From NCBI GenBank assembly GCA_963847705.1, contig CAWKBC010000032.1, positions 448,001 through 512,000 on the forward strand: 64,000 nt of DNA, in the 5' to 3' direction. This document shows positions 61,751 to 64,000 of the stretch, in pieces. The position numbers and the translations under genes are program-made. Under the pieces are notes generated by a model, which made no database searches, was not told the origin of the DNA, and worked only from the letters and a program-made list of their open reading frames with translations. This DNA comes from an uncultured Pseudomonadota bacterium (GTDB lineage: Bacteria; Myxococcota_A; Polyangia; Fen-1088). The first letter of the stretch is position 1. The number at the start of each line of letters is the position of its first letter.

Positions 61751-63466
61751 TCACGGCGCCGCCTTTATGAAGACCTTCACCTCGCTGGGGCCGAGCTGGT
61801 CTTTCAACACGCCGCCCTCGACGCTGCAGTCGTAGTTCGAGGTGTACTCGTGCCACTGGCCGTCCTCGAGGCCGCAGCCGCCGATGACGAGCTCGCCGGT
61901 CGGATCGTGCTTCAAGTTGACGGCGACGACGATGACGCCCCCGGCGCCGTTCCAGCGCTTGAAGGCGAAGACCTGGCGGCCGGGGTCCTTGAAGCAAACC
62001 TCGAAGTGGTCGCCGTGCAGGGCGGGGTTGTCGTGGCGCAGCTTCAGAAGCCCTTTGACGTGGTCGCGGAGCCCGGCGTTCTGGGCGTTCTTCAGCAACG
62101 ACCAATCGAGGGGCCTTGGATCCAGGCTCTTCTCGGAGGCGGCGCCGAACTCCTGCCCCATCCAGATCATCGGGACCCCCGGGATGGTCGCCAGGATCCC
62201 CAGCCCCAGCTTCACGCGGGCGAAGGCCAGGTCGCCGAACATGTGCCCCTTGTCGCCGAGCTGCTGCATCAGCCGGTCATGGTCGTGGCTGACGATGTAG
62301 TTCACGCAGTGGGCGCCCGTGCGATAGCCGTTCTTCGCGGGGTCGAGCGCGTTGATGAAGCCCTCGAAGTCGTCCGGTGACTCGCCGTCGTTCGACTGGC
62401 CGGTGAGGACCGCGCGAAAGTGAGCGCCCAGCGAAAAGCGCCAGGCGGCGACCATCGGTCCGTCCGGGAAGCCGGTGATGGCCGGGTCCTCGGGGACGTG
62501 CTCGGCCACGGTGAAGAAGGGTTTGCGTCCGCCCACCTGATCGAAGCCGGCGGCCGTCAGCTCGTGAAGCGCGTCGAAGTTGGCGATGGCCCGCGTGGCG
62601 TCGAAGCGGATCCCGTCGATGTGGAACTTCTCCACCCAGAAGCGGATCGACTCGATCACGTACTTGCGCGCCGGGAAGACCTTCAGGTTCCCGTCGTAGT
62701 GGCCGTAGTTGAACTTCGGTCCCCACTGCATCTCGGGCGGGTCGGGGTTCTTCTCGTAGTACCAGTAGGCGTAGTCGATCTTGGCCAGCGGTGACTCCGC
62801 GTCGGCATGGTTGTAAACGCCGTCGATGACGACCCGGATCCCGCGCGCATGGCACTCGTCGACCAGCCGGCAGAGCTCGTCGGCGCTGCCGTAGGTGCTG
62901 GCGACGCCGAACAAGCTGCGAAGGTTGTAGCCCCAGCCGGCGCCGTGAAAGAACTTCACCGGCATCAGCTCGAGGCAGTTGATCCCCAGATCCCTCAGCT
63001 CGTCGAGCTTGCCCACCACGTCCTCGAAGGTCCCGCGCCGATCCTTGGTCCCCGCGAAGTCCCCCACCAGCAGCTCGTAAATGATGAGGTCCTCATTCGG
63101 CGGCAGCGGAACGTCGTCATGTCTCCATTCATACGAGGTCCAGATCCGCTTGCCGCCAGAGATGCGCGCGACGGTATTTTCGTGGTCGTCCTCGGTGATG
63201 TGGAGGGAGTACGGATCGAAGACGTCCAGCGTCTCGCCCCTGGCGAAGTAGCTGAGTGACTTGACCCGGAACTTGTAGAGGTGGTCGCCGTCGGCCAGCG
63301 GCACGGTGGTCCGCCACCATCCGTCGGCGCCCCTCTCCATGGGCAGCGGCTTCCAGTCCGAGAAGTCGCCGATCAACTCGACCACTTCGTTGTAGGGAGC
63401 GAACAAAGCGAACTCGATCCCCTCAGGCGCTGGCGAGGCCTTCCGGGACTTGTGAGGAAACGGCAC
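61751..63466 (-). CDS. GH13 glycoside hydrolase with CBM48 (branching enzyme/TreZ-like)
   Basis: LIGDFSDW, IYEL, ELMP, WGY, DGVYNH, DGIRFDA, VAEH, SHD. Confidence 0.9.
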   Translation of the reverse strand: MPFPHKSRKASPAPEGIEFALFAPYNEVVELIGDFSDWKPLPMERGADGWWRTTVPLADGDHLYKFRVKSLSYFARGETLDVFDPYSLHITEDDHENTVARISGGKRIWTSYEWRHDDVPLPPNEDLIIYELLVGDFAGTKDRRGTFEDVVGKLDELRDLGINCLELMPVKFFHGAGWGYNLRSLFGVASTYGSADELCRLVDECHARGIRVVIDGVYNHADAESPLAKIDYAYWYYEKNPDPPEMQWGPKFNYGHYDGNLKVFPARKYVIESIRFWVEKFHIDGIRFDATRAIANFDALHELTAAGFDQVGGRKPFFTVAEHVPEDPAITGFPDGPMVAAWRFSLGAHFRAVLTGQSNDGESPDDFEGFINALDPAKNGYRTGAHCVNYIVSHDHDRLMQQLGDKGHMFGDLAFARVKLGLGILATIPGVPMIWMGQEFGAASEKSLDPRPLDWSLLKNAQNAGLRDHVKGLLKLRHDNPALHGDHFEVCFKDPGRQVFAFKRWNGAGGVIVVAVNLKHDPTGELVIGGCGLEDGQWHEYTSNYDCSVEGGVLKDQLGPSEVKVFIKAAP

Positions 63467-63552
63467 TAGCGGCTCACCTTTCCTGAGCTGATGCCGGCGC
63501 GGTGGGAAGACGCGCGGGCCGCGCGGGGGGTGTGGGTCGCTGGGATCGGCAT
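63466..63552 (-). CDS. Putative 28-aa leader ORF coupled to the GH13 gene
   Basis: GAGGAG RBS; MPIPATHTPRAARASSHRAGISSGKVSR*; its TAG shares one base with the GTG start of GH13. Confidence 0.4.
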   Translation of the reverse strand: MPIPATHTPRAARASSHRAGISSGKVSR

Positions 63553-63586
63553 GGTCGGCTCCTCGTGGAAAGGCGAGCCATGCCTA

Positions 63587-63603
63587 AGCCATAAACATGC
63601 CAG
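63587..63603 (-). promoter_or_regulatory. Putative sigma54 promoter
   Basis: Minus strand CTGGCATGTTTATGGCT fits GG-N10-GC (TGGCA at -24). Confidence 0.5.
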
Positions 63604-63751
63604 CGCTTTCGGGGTATTCCCCACGATTCAGACCGGAATCAGGTGCTCCCGGTAGCTCGCGCCGTTGGCGGGTCCGGGAAAGGTAACGGCGTCGGGCAGT
63701 CTGTTACCCCCTGGGTTACGGGCGATCCGGGGCCCCGACCTTCGGCTCACC

Positions 63752-64000
63752 TCATTTGCCGGAGCTGAGCGGTGTCTCGGCCGGATCTTTCCCTGCGGCC
63801 GCGTCCGCCTGGCGAATCTCGTTGGCAATCTCGGTCGCCACCGCCGCGGCTTCTGCCGGCGACGCCCCGGCGGTCTCTCGCGCGTAGGTGCGCTCCGCCC
63901 GCGCGTCTCGGGCGCGCAGCCGTGGGTCATCCGTGTCATCACCGGGGAGGTCGACGCGCAGCTCCTCGATCAGCATCCGAAGCGCGGCGGCTATGGGCAG
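63752..64000 (-). CDS. 3' end of a probable AI-2E family transporter (partial)
   Basis: The frame is open to the window edge: LPIAAALRMLIEELRVDLPG... Confidence 0.55.
   Translation of the reverse strand: MPIAAALRMLIEELRVDLPGDDTDDPRLRARDARAERTYARETAGASPAEAAAVATEIANEIRQADAAAGKDPAETPLSSGK

Overview
A high-GC (roughly 70% by eye) bacterial chromosomal window whose gene content suggests Myxococcota/Polyangia (inference: Hanks-type Ser/Thr kinases, many lipoproteins, myxobacterial-type YtxH, MoxR-vWA operon). Bases 1-18.8 kb look like core genome: pyrD-pyrK, a Zn-ribbon/Tudor-like/histone-H1-like protein, an M16 peptidase-kinase-CPBP protease operon, a Tat-exported protein, a MoxR/DUF58/vWA operon and tRNA-Pro(CGG). 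From 18.9 to about 50 kb there is a patchwork of accessory modules: several TetR/MarR-enzyme pairs with readable operators, ABC-F, an ATP-grasp/flavoprotein pair, ilvD, a cobalamin-riboswitch operon, rsgA, a TonB-dependent receptor, gap and a TamB-like gene. From 50 to 64 kb there is a stress/storage-type cluster (GlsB/YeaQ, kup, katE, CopG-PHB depolymerase, LEA-like, YtxH, GH13). Two signals stand out. (1) A cobalamin riboswitch with an attenuator controls two uncharacterised lipoproteins plus a small Cys-rich protein with no btuB in the unit, a candidate BtuG/BtuH-like corrinoid-capture module. (2) All five frameshifts found are +1 insertions in or next to GATC, which points to a GATC DNA modification producing systematic sequencing errors. 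No CRISPR array, integrase, transposase or rRNA was seen. All protein family calls are from motif recognition only; no searches were run.
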